From: an uncultured Bacteroidota bacterium
GTDB lineage: Bacteria; Bacteroidota; Ignavibacteria; UBA10030; UBA6906
Direction of reading: 5' to 3'
DNA: 64,000 bases
Assembly: GCA_963700635.1 (NCBI GenBank)
Contig: CAVOYH010000003.1
Coordinates: 96,001 to 160,000 of the forward strand
Position 1 is the stretch's first letter; each line of letters opens with the position of its first letter. Position numbers and translations under genes: made by a program. The notes under the pieces were generated by a model, which ran no database searches, was not told where the DNA came from, and was given only the letters and a program-made list of their open reading frames with translations. Below, one piece after another: positions 10,604 to 19,741 of the stretch.

Positions 10604-12133
10604 ATGCGTTCTTTTACTTTCGTTTTGCTCCTTCTGGCAGCTTCCCTTGCATTTGGCCAGGTAAACGTCGTCAGCACCACGCCGGCCCACAACACGACCA
10701 GCGTTCCTCTGACAACAACTATAAGTATCACGTTCAGCGCTGCAGTTGACACCACACAACCATTTAATGCTGGCGAGAACTTCTTCACGAATGTCACCAC
10801 ACTCTTTGCACAATCATGGAGTGCGGACCGCCGGACCGTTTCGTTTTGGGTTGGACTCCAGCCTTCGGCGGTGTACTTTGTGTTGGTACACAGCGTGAAG
10901 CCTGCAGCCGGGGGAGGTTTTCCGATTCCGTATTGTTTCTACTGGACCACAGGCACGGCATTTCCCACAAATCTTTATAGTGTAAGTGGAACCATCACAA
11001 GCGGTGGCAGTCCGGTCACGCCTGATAATGCTCTGGTGGGGCTGGGAGCAGCGCCGTTTTCCGGCGGTCCACCCGATTTTATCGGCGGCGCAGTAGCGAA
11101 TGCTCTCGGACAGTTTACGATCCCTTATGTCCCTGACGGAACATGGTATCCGATTGCCGCGAAGGACGCGGACCTCAACGGCGAGATCGACCCGGGCAGT
11201 GGCGACCCGATAGCTTTCGGGACCGGTGTCACGGTAAGCGGGGCCAATGTCACAGGGGTTGCCCTGCAATTTCTCCAGTTTGAGCCAATCCGTTTTGCGG
11301 CGGCGCGTGATTCCATTTCCACCAAAGCTGCAGCGATGCTTCCTGGAAACCGCGAACTACGGCAATTCCAGGGGTGGCAGGTCGACTCAACCGGTGCGGC
11401 AAAGGACTTCTCGGCACACTATACAGTCCCCGGGAGCCCGGTTGTGACGGAGATATGGGTGGAGTCATTCGGGGCGCAGTCCGACACATCATCGGGAAAC
11501 GAATGGGTCTATTCTTCCCGCCCATTTACAGGGCTTGCCTCGGCAGCCCTGCTGGATTCTGTTGTTGCACGAGCGGAGCGGATGGGTGGAAGGGAGTTTC
11601 GCCAGCAGCCCCCTCCGGGCGGCAGTTCGTTTAGTGCCTATGCCCGCCTCGGCGCGATCCACAACTCGGAATTCGGCTGGATCATTTCCGACACAAGCCA
11701 GTACTACTGGGGCCTCCAGTACAACTTTCAGGTCCAGGTCACAAGAGACAGTAGCTACGGGGTAGCCTGGAAGACGTTTCTCGCGAATGCCACAACGGGG
11801 CAAATCATCCTTGTGACCGATGTCGACAAAAAGGATGACTCTCCGCTCCCGACTTCATATACACTCGGACAGAATTACCCCAACCCGTTTAATCCGGCCA
11901 CGACCATAAACTTTTCTGTCCCGACTCAAAGCCGGGTCTCGATCGAGGTGTTTGATCTGCTCGGACAGAAAGTAGCCACGCTCGTCAATGATATCAGGCA
12001 GGCGGGAAGCCACCAGATTGCGTGGGCTGCGAATGTTCCCTCCGGTATCTATTTCTACCGGATGGAAGCTGCGGGGGTCGATGCGCCGTCACAGCGGTTT
12101 TCACAGGTTCGCAAGATGGTGCTCGTCCGGTGA
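10604..12133 (+). CDS. T9SS type A sorting domain protein with N-terminal Ig-like (Big_5/SbsA-like) domain
   Basis: Signal peptide MRSFTFVLLLLAASLAFG/Q; VVSTTPA...ISITFS; CTD LGQNYPNPFNP...SGIYFYRM...RKMVLVR. Alternative start at 10592. Confidence 0.8.
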   Translation: MRSFTFVLLLLAASLAFGQVNVVSTTPAHNTTSVPLTTTISITFSAAVDTTQPFNAGENFFTNVTTLFAQSWSADRRTVSFWVGLQPSAVYFVLVHSVKPAAGGGFPIPYCFYWTTGTAFPTNLYSVSGTITSGGSPVTPDNALVGLGAAPFSGGPPDFIGGAVANALGQFTIPYVPDGTWYPIAAKDADLNGEIDPGSGDPIAFGTGVTVSGANVTGVALQFLQFEPIRFAAARDSISTKAAAMLPGNRELRQFQGWQVDSTGAAKDFSAHYTVPGSPVVTEIWVESFGAQSDTSSGNEWVYSSRPFTGLASAALLDSVVARAERMGGREFRQQPPPGGSSFSAYARLGAIHNSEFGWIISDTSQYYWGLQYNFQVQVTRDSSYGVAWKTFLANATTGQIILVTDVDKKDDSPLPTSYTLGQNYPNPFNPATTINFSVPTQSRVSIEVFDLLGQKVATLVNDIRQAGSHQIAWAANVPSGIYFYRMEAAGVDAPSQRFSQVRKMVLVR

Positions 12134-12154
12134 CAGCTGTTTGATGAATTGGTG

Positions 12155-12187
12155 ACAAAGGCCCGCCCAACGGCGGGCCTTTGTTTT
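12155..12187 (+). terminator. Rho-independent terminator
   Basis: ACAAAGGCCCGCC-CAAC-GGCGGGCCTTTGT followed by TTT. Confidence 0.85.
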
Positions 12188-12219
12188 GCTGTCAGCGCGC
12201 ATGGAATGCGAACACGAGG

Positions 12220-12257
12220 AAAAACAAACGGTGCCACCATCACTGACGACACCGTTT
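12220..12257 (-). terminator. Rho-independent terminator after tRNA-Phe
   Basis: Minus strand AAACGGTGTC...GGCACCGTTT then GTTTTT. Confidence 0.75.
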
Positions 12258-12260
12258 TCG

Positions 12261-12333
12261 TGGACGGGGACGGAATCGAACCGCCGACACAAGGATTTTC
12301 AGTCCTTTGCTCTACCAACTGAGCTACCCGTCC
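12261..12333 (-). tRNA. tRNA-Phe(GAA), CCA not encoded
   Basis: GGACGGG TAGCTCAGTTGGTAGAGC AAAGGA CTGAAAA TCCTT GTGTC GGCGG TTCGATT CCGTC CCCGTCC A forms a full cloverleaf with anticodon GAA. It is followed by CGA, not CCA. Confidence 0.97.
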
Positions 12334-12364
12334 AACTACCGCGTGTTTCTAAGATTCAGCTGAT

Positions 12365-12393
12365 AATATAGCAACTCCCCGCAAAAAACGCAA
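12365..12393 (-). promoter_or_regulatory. sigma70-like promoter for tRNA-Phe
   Basis: TTGCGT-N17-TATATT on the minus strand, ~30 nt upstream of the tRNA. Confidence 0.6.
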
Positions 12394-12398
12394 CCGTC

Positions 12399-13013
12399 CT
12401 AAGTCCCGTCCGCCAGCTTCTCTACCAACTCCCTCAGATTACTCTCCCGCATACTCCCGTACCGGTCCTGCGCATACGAGGTGTGAAATGTGCACCGCTC
12501 CACAAACTCGATGTTCTTCTCCAACCACTTCTCCTCGGTAAAACGTACCCCCCTCCGCATCTCCCATTCCATTCGCAAGGCGTCACTGTGTGCCCAGAAT
12601 GTATTACCCCCGATGTACGCCACATCACTGTCGCACATGATCTTCTGAAGCAGCGTCGCGGGCCGCTGCGGTATCTTCGTGGCCCGGATACATCCCACCA
12701 CATCCCGGATCCGATCCTCCGGATATGCCCGGGAACGGAGAAATTCCTCCGCAACCGCGGCACTGCGTTCTTCATGTTCCTCCGCCCCCTCTACGTACCC
12801 CGCATCATGGAACCACCCGGCCAGCAAGACCACTTCCATGTCCGCTGCATCAAGCTTCATACCAGCGCCGATTTCCAGACAGAACGCAACGACCTCCCGG
12901 GTGTGCGCCAGCGTGTGATACTTCGCCCACGAAGGAAGCCGGGTCCCGTACAATGCCGTTACGCTCGCTTCCGCCCCCTTCAGGATCTCTGAAGAAGCAC
13001 TCATATCCTCCAT
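12399..13013 (-). CDS. HD domain-containing phosphohydrolase
   Basis: YHTLAHT...AGWFHDAGY...HEERSA...IRATK...MCDSD. SD GAGGA. Confidence 0.85.
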   Translation of the reverse strand: MEDMSASSEILKGAEASVTALYGTRLPSWAKYHTLAHTREVVAFCLEIGAGMKLDAADMEVVLLAGWFHDAGYVEGAEEHEERSAAVAEEFLRSRAYPEDRIRDVVGCIRATKIPQRPATLLQKIMCDSDVAYIGGNTFWAHSDALRMEWEMRRGVRFTEEKWLEKNIEFVERCTFHTSYAQDRYGSMRESNLRELVEKLADGT

Positions 13014-13025
13014 TCCTCCTGGTGA

Positions 13026-15656
13026 TTAGAACGCAAAACCTATCGTTGCATACAGCATCACATGTTCATCCGAGATCCCCAGACTCGCCGTCAACGTCGT
13101 CTTCCGGTTCCAGGGAGCGGCCCAGATTCCACCCCCGATCGACGGATGCCACTTGCTCGAATTCTCACCGCGGACAAAGACCCTTCCAGTTTCTATAAAT
13201 CCAAACATCCCGACATCCGTGGGAACAACATAATTGACTTGTCCCATCCGGATCCGCGTCTCAAACACAGCCGCCAGAGATGCCTCACCCAGAAACCGAC
13301 CCTGCTGGTATCCCCTCAATGTGGTACTGCTGCCAATCGTTGCCGCTTCAAAGTACGGAACTTTTCCCCAGGTCTTTTCTCCCAGCAGACGCACGGATAA
13401 CGTCACCACATTCTCCTCGCCGGGGGTGTAAAAATACCGGATGTCGGCTTTTGCCTTGCCAAACCCCTCCCCCGGAGTAAATGCTTTGGGAAAAAACGTG
13501 CCACCAAGGTCAACAAACAGGCCGCTGTAAGGATGTGGTTCATCATCTTTCGTATTCCAGCGCAGCCAGCCACCCAGGGAAGCAATCACCATGTTCTCAA
13601 TGCCGTACGGGTACGCGGTCACGACAGAGCTGCTCTTCGTCCTGTCGGTTTGCACATACCTGAGCCCCGCTTTCATCTGTACCGCAAACGGCCCCTTCAA
13701 AGGGTACATCAGGCCCTGCTCAACCCTAAACTGCACCTGACGAACCCTGTAATACTCATCCCCGGGATCCCGCGCGGGCACCGTTTCGTTCCCCTGACCG
13801 AAATAGGTGAGAACCTCATAACCCGACGCAAGTGCTTCAAACGTTATCGATGTATTCGGGAGTGAAGACCTGAAGTCCGCGTTCAACACCACTCTGCCAA
13901 CATTCGCAAAGGGAGCATACCCGGCAAGCAACGATATCCTGGAGACATAGGGATCTGCTCTGAAACCATAATGATATAACACGGGTCCAACACCTGCAAT
14001 CGGACCGAGCTGAGCGTTCCAGTCGAACATCAGATCCAAACCCCACCCTGTACCCCGATCCTCCAACTGCGGCGCATATCGCACCGTGTCGTTCGCCGGC
14101 AGCGGATACGGCCTGCGGTTTACCTCCGTGCTGGCGCCTTCAACGACCGTACACCCGTCCGAGTCGTACACATATGTCCGGGTTTCCGCGTCAGCGATAA
14201 AAGGAACCACACCAAACAGGACACCGTCAACATACGATGAGTCTACAACTCTGTCATCCCCGTCACCACCCACGACAACAACCGGAATTGATTCTTTCAC
14301 AGATCCACGCACCTCAGCCAGATCATTCCCCCCGTTCATGTACAATCGGATTTCCCGGGTCTCTTCAGCGTAAAACTCCCGGTGGTAGAGAAGCCGGCCA
14401 CCTCGTGGACCCCCTTCTTCATCCCCGGCGAAGATACTCACCGAGACCCGCCTCTCATCGTTGCGAACAATCTTCACAAACTCTGGTTTGTTGCTCAGTC
14501 TGATGTCAACGGTGTTTGCAAGCCAGCTATAGTATCGATCTGTGACCCGGGGTAACCGCTGGCGCCGCTCTTTCAGTACGGCAATCAACGCCGGGCCTTC
14601 ACGGTCGAAGATGGCAGGTGGCAGCCGTCGAACAGCTCTTTCAATGAGTGAATCTGTCAGTTGGGATGATATGACGGCCGTCACAGAATCCCACGTTGAG
14701 CGCCCCAACGGAGAAAGGAACCATCGGTCCAGGTGTCTTCCGGACCAGCCCAGATCGCGTATTCCGCTGTAGTTTTTGCCAAATGCACTGAGCTGAGGGA
14801 TAAAGAATGAGCCTATCCAGGGTGCCAAACCATCATACCGGCTGAAGGCACTGTAGTGGCATTGTGGGATGGGCGCCCAGCTCTCGACTCCCTCCTCATG
14901 GTGCACCTGCCACCGCCAATGATCCACACGGGGGTCCCAATCGCCGAGGTACATACCCATGATTCTCGTCTTGAGGTACTCCGGACGATTCACCTGATTC
15001 CGGTAGTCCTGCTCCAGAAGCCGCAGGAGACCGACCGTACCCACAATCATGTTGTCTGACGAAGGGAAACAGAGTCCTCCCGCATTCCCCTTCCGATGAA
15101 TCCCAAGAAACCCGACCGTGCCCCCGAATACCTCCCTGTGCGAACCGAGCCGGTCATCGTCGGGTAACACAACGAGTGATGATGTGTCACTCAGCACGCC
15201 CACAGCCTGAAGAAGCGGCGCGGCGACAAGACTTCCGTACGGGTTTGTCGTCGCAACAAGGTCACGCAGCACATCCCCTGCAAACATCTCCTGTATCGCC
15301 CCGGGCAGAATCACATACGGGTTCTTTCCGAGTTTTCGAAATGTATAGACGTTTCCATCCCCGCCCTCGAGGCCCAGACATCCCGCCGAGTCACCGGTCG
15401 CTGCCTCAATCACCGTAAGGCCGCCTGCGAACCGGTCCAAATCAAGAACTTCCGCGTCCACGGGAGTATTCCAGACATCACGCCAGAGTTCACCAAAGAG
15501 GAACCTGTGGAATGAACCGGCAGCGAACTCGGGACCCGGTATGATACGGACAGTGTGGGAAGTGCTGTCGGGGCGGGCTGCCGCCGATTCAGGAAAGCAC
15601 AACAAGCCCGCGAAGAGAACAAATAGAGCGATGAGAGTGAAACGTTTGCCGTCCAA
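13026..15656 (-). CDS. BamA/TamA (Omp85)-family outer membrane protein with N-terminal kinase-like region
   Basis: Signal peptide; C-terminal barrel with LRGY...GRFLG, ETGRVF and a terminal GFAF; N-terminal MYLGDWD...WRW...PIP segment. Confidence 0.75.
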   Translation of the reverse strand: MDGKRFTLIALFVLFAGLLCFPESAAARPDSTSHTVRIIPGPEFAAGSFHRFLFGELWRDVWNTPVDAEVLDLDRFAGGLTVIEAATGDSAGCLGLEGGDGNVYTFRKLGKNPYVILPGAIQEMFAGDVLRDLVATTNPYGSLVAAPLLQAVGVLSDTSSLVVLPDDDRLGSHREVFGGTVGFLGIHRKGNAGGLCFPSSDNMIVGTVGLLRLLEQDYRNQVNRPEYLKTRIMGMYLGDWDPRVDHWRWQVHHEEGVESWAPIPQCHYSAFSRYDGLAPWIGSFFIPQLSAFGKNYSGIRDLGWSGRHLDRWFLSPLGRSTWDSVTAVISSQLTDSLIERAVRRLPPAIFDREGPALIAVLKERRQRLPRVTDRYYSWLANTVDIRLSNKPEFVKIVRNDERRVSVSIFAGDEEGGPRGGRLLYHREFYAEETREIRLYMNGGNDLAEVRGSVKESIPVVVVGGDGDDRVVDSSYVDGVLFGVVPFIADAETRTYVYDSDGCTVVEGASTEVNRRPYPLPANDTVRYAPQLEDRGTGWGLDLMFDWNAQLGPIAGVGPVLYHYGFRADPYVSRISLLAGYAPFANVGRVVLNADFRSSLPNTSITFEALASGYEVLTYFGQGNETVPARDPGDEYYRVRQVQFRVEQGLMYPLKGPFAVQMKAGLRYVQTDRTKSSSVVTAYPYGIENMVIASLGGWLRWNTKDDEPHPYSGLFVDLGGTFFPKAFTPGEGFGKAKADIRYFYTPGEENVVTLSVRLLGEKTWGKVPYFEAATIGSSTTLRGYQQGRFLGEASLAAVFETRIRMGQVNYVVPTDVGMFGFIETGRVFVRGENSSKWHPSIGGGIWAAPWNRKTTLTASLGISDEHVMLYATIGFAF

Positions 15657-15685
15657 CCTGATTCCACATTCTGAATGCTCGGTGA

Positions 15686-18649
15686 TCAGTTCTGAATCTG
15701 GCTCCCCTCCACAATCGCTCTTACCACAGCGTCATGGACGGCGGGGCGGATTCGGGCGATCTTGAGGTTTGCCCGCGTCGGGTGCACCCGGTTCGTGAGG
15801 AGGATGACGCTCAGCTTCCGTTCGGGATCAGTCCAGATGGATGTACCCGTAAAGCCGGTATGGCCGAACGAGGAGGGCGAAAAAAGCGAACCCGCCGATG
15901 AACCGAGAACCGATTTCATGTCCCACCCCAGGTACCGATCCTGCCCCTGAACATATTTCCGCGTAAATTCTATCACGGTGCTTTCCTTGAGGAAGCGGAT
16001 CCCGCCGTACGTTCCTTTGTTCAGGAGCATCTGCATATAGATTGCCAGATCGGACGCCGTGGAGAACAAACCGGCATGTCCCGCAACACCCCCGAGCAGC
16101 GCCGCATTCTCATCGTGCACCTGTCCGCACACAAGCGCCTTCCGCCACAGTGTGTCTATCTCCGTGGGCGCCACCCGATCGTGGATGTCTGCGGGAGGAT
16201 TGTACATGGTATTCTTCATGCCAAGCGGTAAAAAGAATTCATTTTGCACAAACTCCGACAACGGCATACCCGTAATCTTCTCCACAACCTTCCCCATCGT
16301 GATCATGCCGATGTCGCTATAGATAGTCGTGTCGCCTGGCACGGCTACAAGGGGCGTGGCATAAATGGAATCCAGGGCCTCCTCGGCCGTTGAACACATC
16401 AGGAAGAACCTGCGGAATGGCGGGAACCCCGCCCGGTGTCTGATAAGATGCCGGATCGTGATGGCGCTCTTGGGCCCTTCCCGGAACTGGGGCAAATACG
16501 TTCCCACAGAGTCATCCAGGGCGATCCGCCCCTGGTCAAAGAGTTTCATCACGGCAGATGTTGTTCCGATCACCTTGCTGACCGAGGCCAGATCAAACAC
16601 TGTCGTGTAGTCAATGGGTCGTAACGATGAATCATACGTGTACGTGCCGAAGGGCTTGTTATACACGAGAATCCCGTCCCGCACCACGGCGAGCTGGGCT
16701 GCGGGGAATGCGGAATCCCGGATGGCATGTTCGATGATACTATCCAGGGCCAGCAGCCGCTCGGGATCAAACCCTGCCACCGATGGATCATCCCAGCGGA
16801 GCCGGTCCTTCGGGCATGAAGTTCCGCTTCCCAGTGCAAAGTAGTCCGCGATCTCTATGGGTAATTTGCCACAGATACCACTTTCGGCAAAGATCGCTTC
16901 CACGGTCGCCTCCACAAGCGGCTCGTTGTCTCCGTAGGCACACACAATGGCATCCGCCCAGCCAAGAGTTCCGGCAAGGTAAGGATTTCCAAACAGCATC
17001 ACGACCGTTGGTATTCCCGATTCTTTCACCTTCTTCAGGAACGGCTGCAAACCCTGGGGCAAATCGATCTTTCCCGAGGACGTCCTGACTTTGACGTGCA
17101 CGGGCAGGAGAAGGAGGTCCGCACGTTTGACGCGCGCAAGTGCCGCATCAATATCGATGATATTGCTGGATGGCGAGAGCCGGTAGGTATCAATCTGGCC
17201 GTTCTTGCGCTGGAGCAGCTGGTGAAAATATGCGCCCGGTAGTTCCCCTGTTCCAGAATTCGAAGCACGGTTGATATCCACCCTGCCATCCGGCGTATCA
17301 GTCAAGACGACGGATACAATCCGTTTGCGTATGGGAGTCTGCAGGGGCAGCAGGGTGCGATTGTTCTTCAGGAGAGTGATAGAGTGGCGCGCAACATCCC
17401 GGGCCAGTCTCCAGTGGGCCCGCGTGCCTACCTGTGTAGAAATTGCGTTGATATCCACAGTCCGCAAGGTATCCAGACCCAGATTCTGTTTGACTGCAAG
17501 AATCTTGCGTACAGAACGATCCAATCGTCCTTCGGTGATTTCGCCGCTCCGTGCCGCAGCAATCAGCGCAGAGAACGCGGCCTCCTCGTCAGGCGGCATC
17601 AACACAATGTCCACGCCTGCCTTTACCGCCATCACGCTGGCCTTGCCGGGAGAGTACCCGCGCGTCACACCCCGCATATCCATCGCGTCGGTCACAACCA
17701 GTCCCTCAAATCCCAGTTCCCGTTGCAGGACTCCGGTGATAATCGCCGGCGAGAGGGATGATGGGAGCAGGCGTGACGGATCCAGTGCCGGTACGGCAAG
17801 ATGGGCAATCATGACGGATTGTGCACCGGCCTGTATGGCGGTCCGGAATGGCGCCAGTTCAATGGAGTCAAGCCTGTCCCGGGCAAAGGGTATACGCGGG
17901 AGTTCCAGATGTGAATCGGTTCCCGTATCCCCGTGACCGGGGAAATGTTTGGCCGTCGAAAGCACTCCGCCATCCGTCGTTCCCCTGATAAATGCCGAAA
18001 CCATCTCGTGCACGATGGCCGGGTCACTGCCGAACGACCGGGTGTTGATGACAGGGTTGAGCGGATTTGTGTTCACATCGGCAACCGGAGCATAGTTCTG
18101 ATGGACCCCGATCGCCCGCGCTTCCCGGGCTATCGCCCGGCCTATTTCATAGGCATACCGTGAGTTTCGTGTGGCGCCGATGGCCATTGCATCCGGGAAT
18201 GGCGTACCACGGCGGATACGCATGGCGACACCACGTTCAAAGTCAGCACTGACGAGTAACGGGAGACGCGACAGACCCTGAAGCGTGTTGAGTCTCACCG
18301 CCGCTTCGTACACATCACCCTGCCAGAGTATGAACCCGCCAACATGTTTCTCCTGAACGAGCCGGACAAGACGGGCAAACTCATCACTCTGCTGGCTGTA
18401 GTACTGCCCGAACACACCGACCATCACCATCTGCCCGACCTTCTGCTCGAGCGTCATCGTGGCCATTACGCTGTCAACCCAGTTCTCCCGCACGAATACA
18501 CTTGCGGGCCGGTCAGCGGTTGTTATGACAGGTCTCGTGGAGGTTGCCGGCATCCCCCGTTGCGGAACAGATGTGGGGGCGCAGGAGTTTACAGAGAGGG
18601 CAAACACCACAATCGCAACGATGGTATGAACGTGTGAACCGTGCTGCAT
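15686..18649 (-). CDS. nagZ: GH3 beta-N-acetylglucosaminidase (NagZ-like) fused to a beta-lactamase-fold serine hydrolase (AmiE-like); lipoprotein
   Basis: Lipobox VNSC; ADFERG, APVADVN, RSFG, KHFPGHGDTGTDSH, VVTDAMDM; C-terminal FDLASVSK (SxxK), YSD, GHTGFTG. Confidence 0.9.
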   Translation of the reverse strand: MQHGSHVHTIVAIVVFALSVNSCAPTSVPQRGMPATSTRPVITTADRPASVFVRENWVDSVMATMTLEQKVGQMVMVGVFGQYYSQQSDEFARLVRLVQEKHVGGFILWQGDVYEAAVRLNTLQGLSRLPLLVSADFERGVAMRIRRGTPFPDAMAIGATRNSRYAYEIGRAIAREARAIGVHQNYAPVADVNTNPLNPVINTRSFGSDPAIVHEMVSAFIRGTTDGGVLSTAKHFPGHGDTGTDSHLELPRIPFARDRLDSIELAPFRTAIQAGAQSVMIAHLAVPALDPSRLLPSSLSPAIITGVLQRELGFEGLVVTDAMDMRGVTRGYSPGKASVMAVKAGVDIVLMPPDEEAAFSALIAAARSGEITEGRLDRSVRKILAVKQNLGLDTLRTVDINAISTQVGTRAHWRLARDVARHSITLLKNNRTLLPLQTPIRKRIVSVVLTDTPDGRVDINRASNSGTGELPGAYFHQLLQRKNGQIDTYRLSPSSNIIDIDAALARVKRADLLLLPVHVKVRTSSGKIDLPQGLQPFLKKVKESGIPTVVMLFGNPYLAGTLGWADAIVCAYGDNEPLVEATVEAIFAESGICGKLPIEIADYFALGSGTSCPKDRLRWDDPSVAGFDPERLLALDSIIEHAIRDSAFPAAQLAVVRDGILVYNKPFGTYTYDSSLRPIDYTTVFDLASVSKVIGTTSAVMKLFDQGRIALDDSVGTYLPQFREGPKSAITIRHLIRHRAGFPPFRRFFLMCSTAEEALDSIYATPLVAVPGDTTIYSDIGMITMGKVVEKITGMPLSEFVQNEFFLPLGMKNTMYNPPADIHDRVAPTEIDTLWRKALVCGQVHDENAALLGGVAGHAGLFSTASDLAIYMQMLLNKGTYGGIRFLKESTVIEFTRKYVQGQDRYLGWDMKSVLGSSAGSLFSPSSFGHTGFTGTSIWTDPERKLSVILLTNRVHPTRANLKIARIRPAVHDAVVRAIVEGSQIQN

Positions 18650-19588
18650 TTATTTCCCTTGCAGAAGTTGTTGCGCCACAATCACGGCTCCGCGAACCGG
18701 CGGATAGAGGGCCGGATGGACCTCCGCACCCGGAACCAGTTCTGCTATGGCATCGCGAAGGATGTGCGCGTAGATTGTTTCGTGATCGATAAGTCCGCCG
18801 ATGAACACGACGCCGACAGGTGAGACTCCGGGCATCCGGCGTACTAATGCGGCAAGCGTTTCCGCGAGGTGATTCGCCGATTGATGCAAAAGGGTCACGG
18901 CGACCCGGTCACCTTCTGACGCCGCATCCATTACAAGGGGGGCAAGAGAGGCAAGATCGAATTTCTCCTGATACACCGACGCGATAATCCGGTCGCGGGA
19001 TATCCATCCAAACCGCTCGGCAAACAAGACGCGAAGTCCGGAAGCGCCGCTTCGTCCGTCGAAATCCCTGACCACCGCCCTGGCCGCTTCGGCCCCGAGG
19101 AAGTACCCTCCGCCTTCGTCTCCCAGCACACGGCCCCACCCTCCGACAGAGGCGATCGTACCGTCGGGCATTTTGCCGATCAGGTTGGAACCTGTTCCTG
19201 CAATGACAACGACACCCGGTCCTCCACCGAACGCGCCTTCAACGGCAATTCGGGCGTCCGTCTCGATGGTCATCGGCATCGATGACCAGCCGCGGGGGAT
19301 GCAGAGAGTCTGGAGTGCCTCCTGAAGCTTCTCCCTGACGGGTTTACTCCCCACACCGGCGAGTCCGAAAACAACGGCCCCGATGTCGAGAGGGGAACGC
19401 CTGGCAGTACTGCAGCAACCGGCGATCAACTCCAGGAGATTTCTGGCTGCGACGTCAACCCCGGCGACATTCGGATTTCCCGTCCCCAGCTGCATGCGAG
19501 CCAGTTCGGTACCGGATCCATCAGCGAGGACGCCAAGGGTTTTTGTTCCGCCTCCGTCAGCCCCGAATACAAGTCGAGATTCAGGCAT
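18650..19588 (-). CDS. BadF/BadG/BcrA/BcrD-family amino-sugar kinase (MurK/NagK-like)
   Basis: GADGGGTKT, TDARIA, IAGTGS, VGGWGRVLGDEGGG. Its TAA abuts the nagZ ATG. Confidence 0.85.
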   Translation of the reverse strand: MPESRLVFGADGGGTKTLGVLADGSGTELARMQLGTGNPNVAGVDVAARNLLELIAGCCSTARRSPLDIGAVVFGLAGVGSKPVREKLQEALQTLCIPRGWSSMPMTIETDARIAVEGAFGGGPGVVVIAGTGSNLIGKMPDGTIASVGGWGRVLGDEGGGYFLGAEAARAVVRDFDGRSGASGLRVLFAERFGWISRDRIIASVYQEKFDLASLAPLVMDAASEGDRVAVTLLHQSANHLAETLAALVRRMPGVSPVGVVFIGGLIDHETIYAHILRDAIAELVPGAEVHPALYPPVRGAVIVAQQLLQGK

Positions 19589-19634
19589 GGTACGCTTCTC
19601 TGATTAGTCTATGCATGGCGCGTTTGGTCTGCTC

Positions 19635-19705
19635 AATGTACCGAATGACCGGACGAGATTCAAGAAAACCATCGGGTTGCATCTATCCATGCTGCTGAGT
19701 AGTTT
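19635..19705. promoter_or_regulatory. Back-to-back sigma70-like promoters for kinase-nagZ (minus) and namZ (plus)
   Basis: Minus strand TTGAAT-N17-TACATT (19663-19635); plus strand TTGCAT-N17-TAGTTT (19677-19705). Confidence 0.6.
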
Positions 19706-19741
19706 ACGAATACTCACTCTCACATTTCAACGGACCCGACC

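Noticed and set aside
12261-12333. tRNA-Phe as an island integration site
   Set aside because: No integrase was found and I saw no duplicated tRNA 3' end in the window.
12399-13013. Pycsar/anti-phage effector
   Set aside because: Only the HD domain is present, with no transmembrane effector domain and no cyclase gene nearby.
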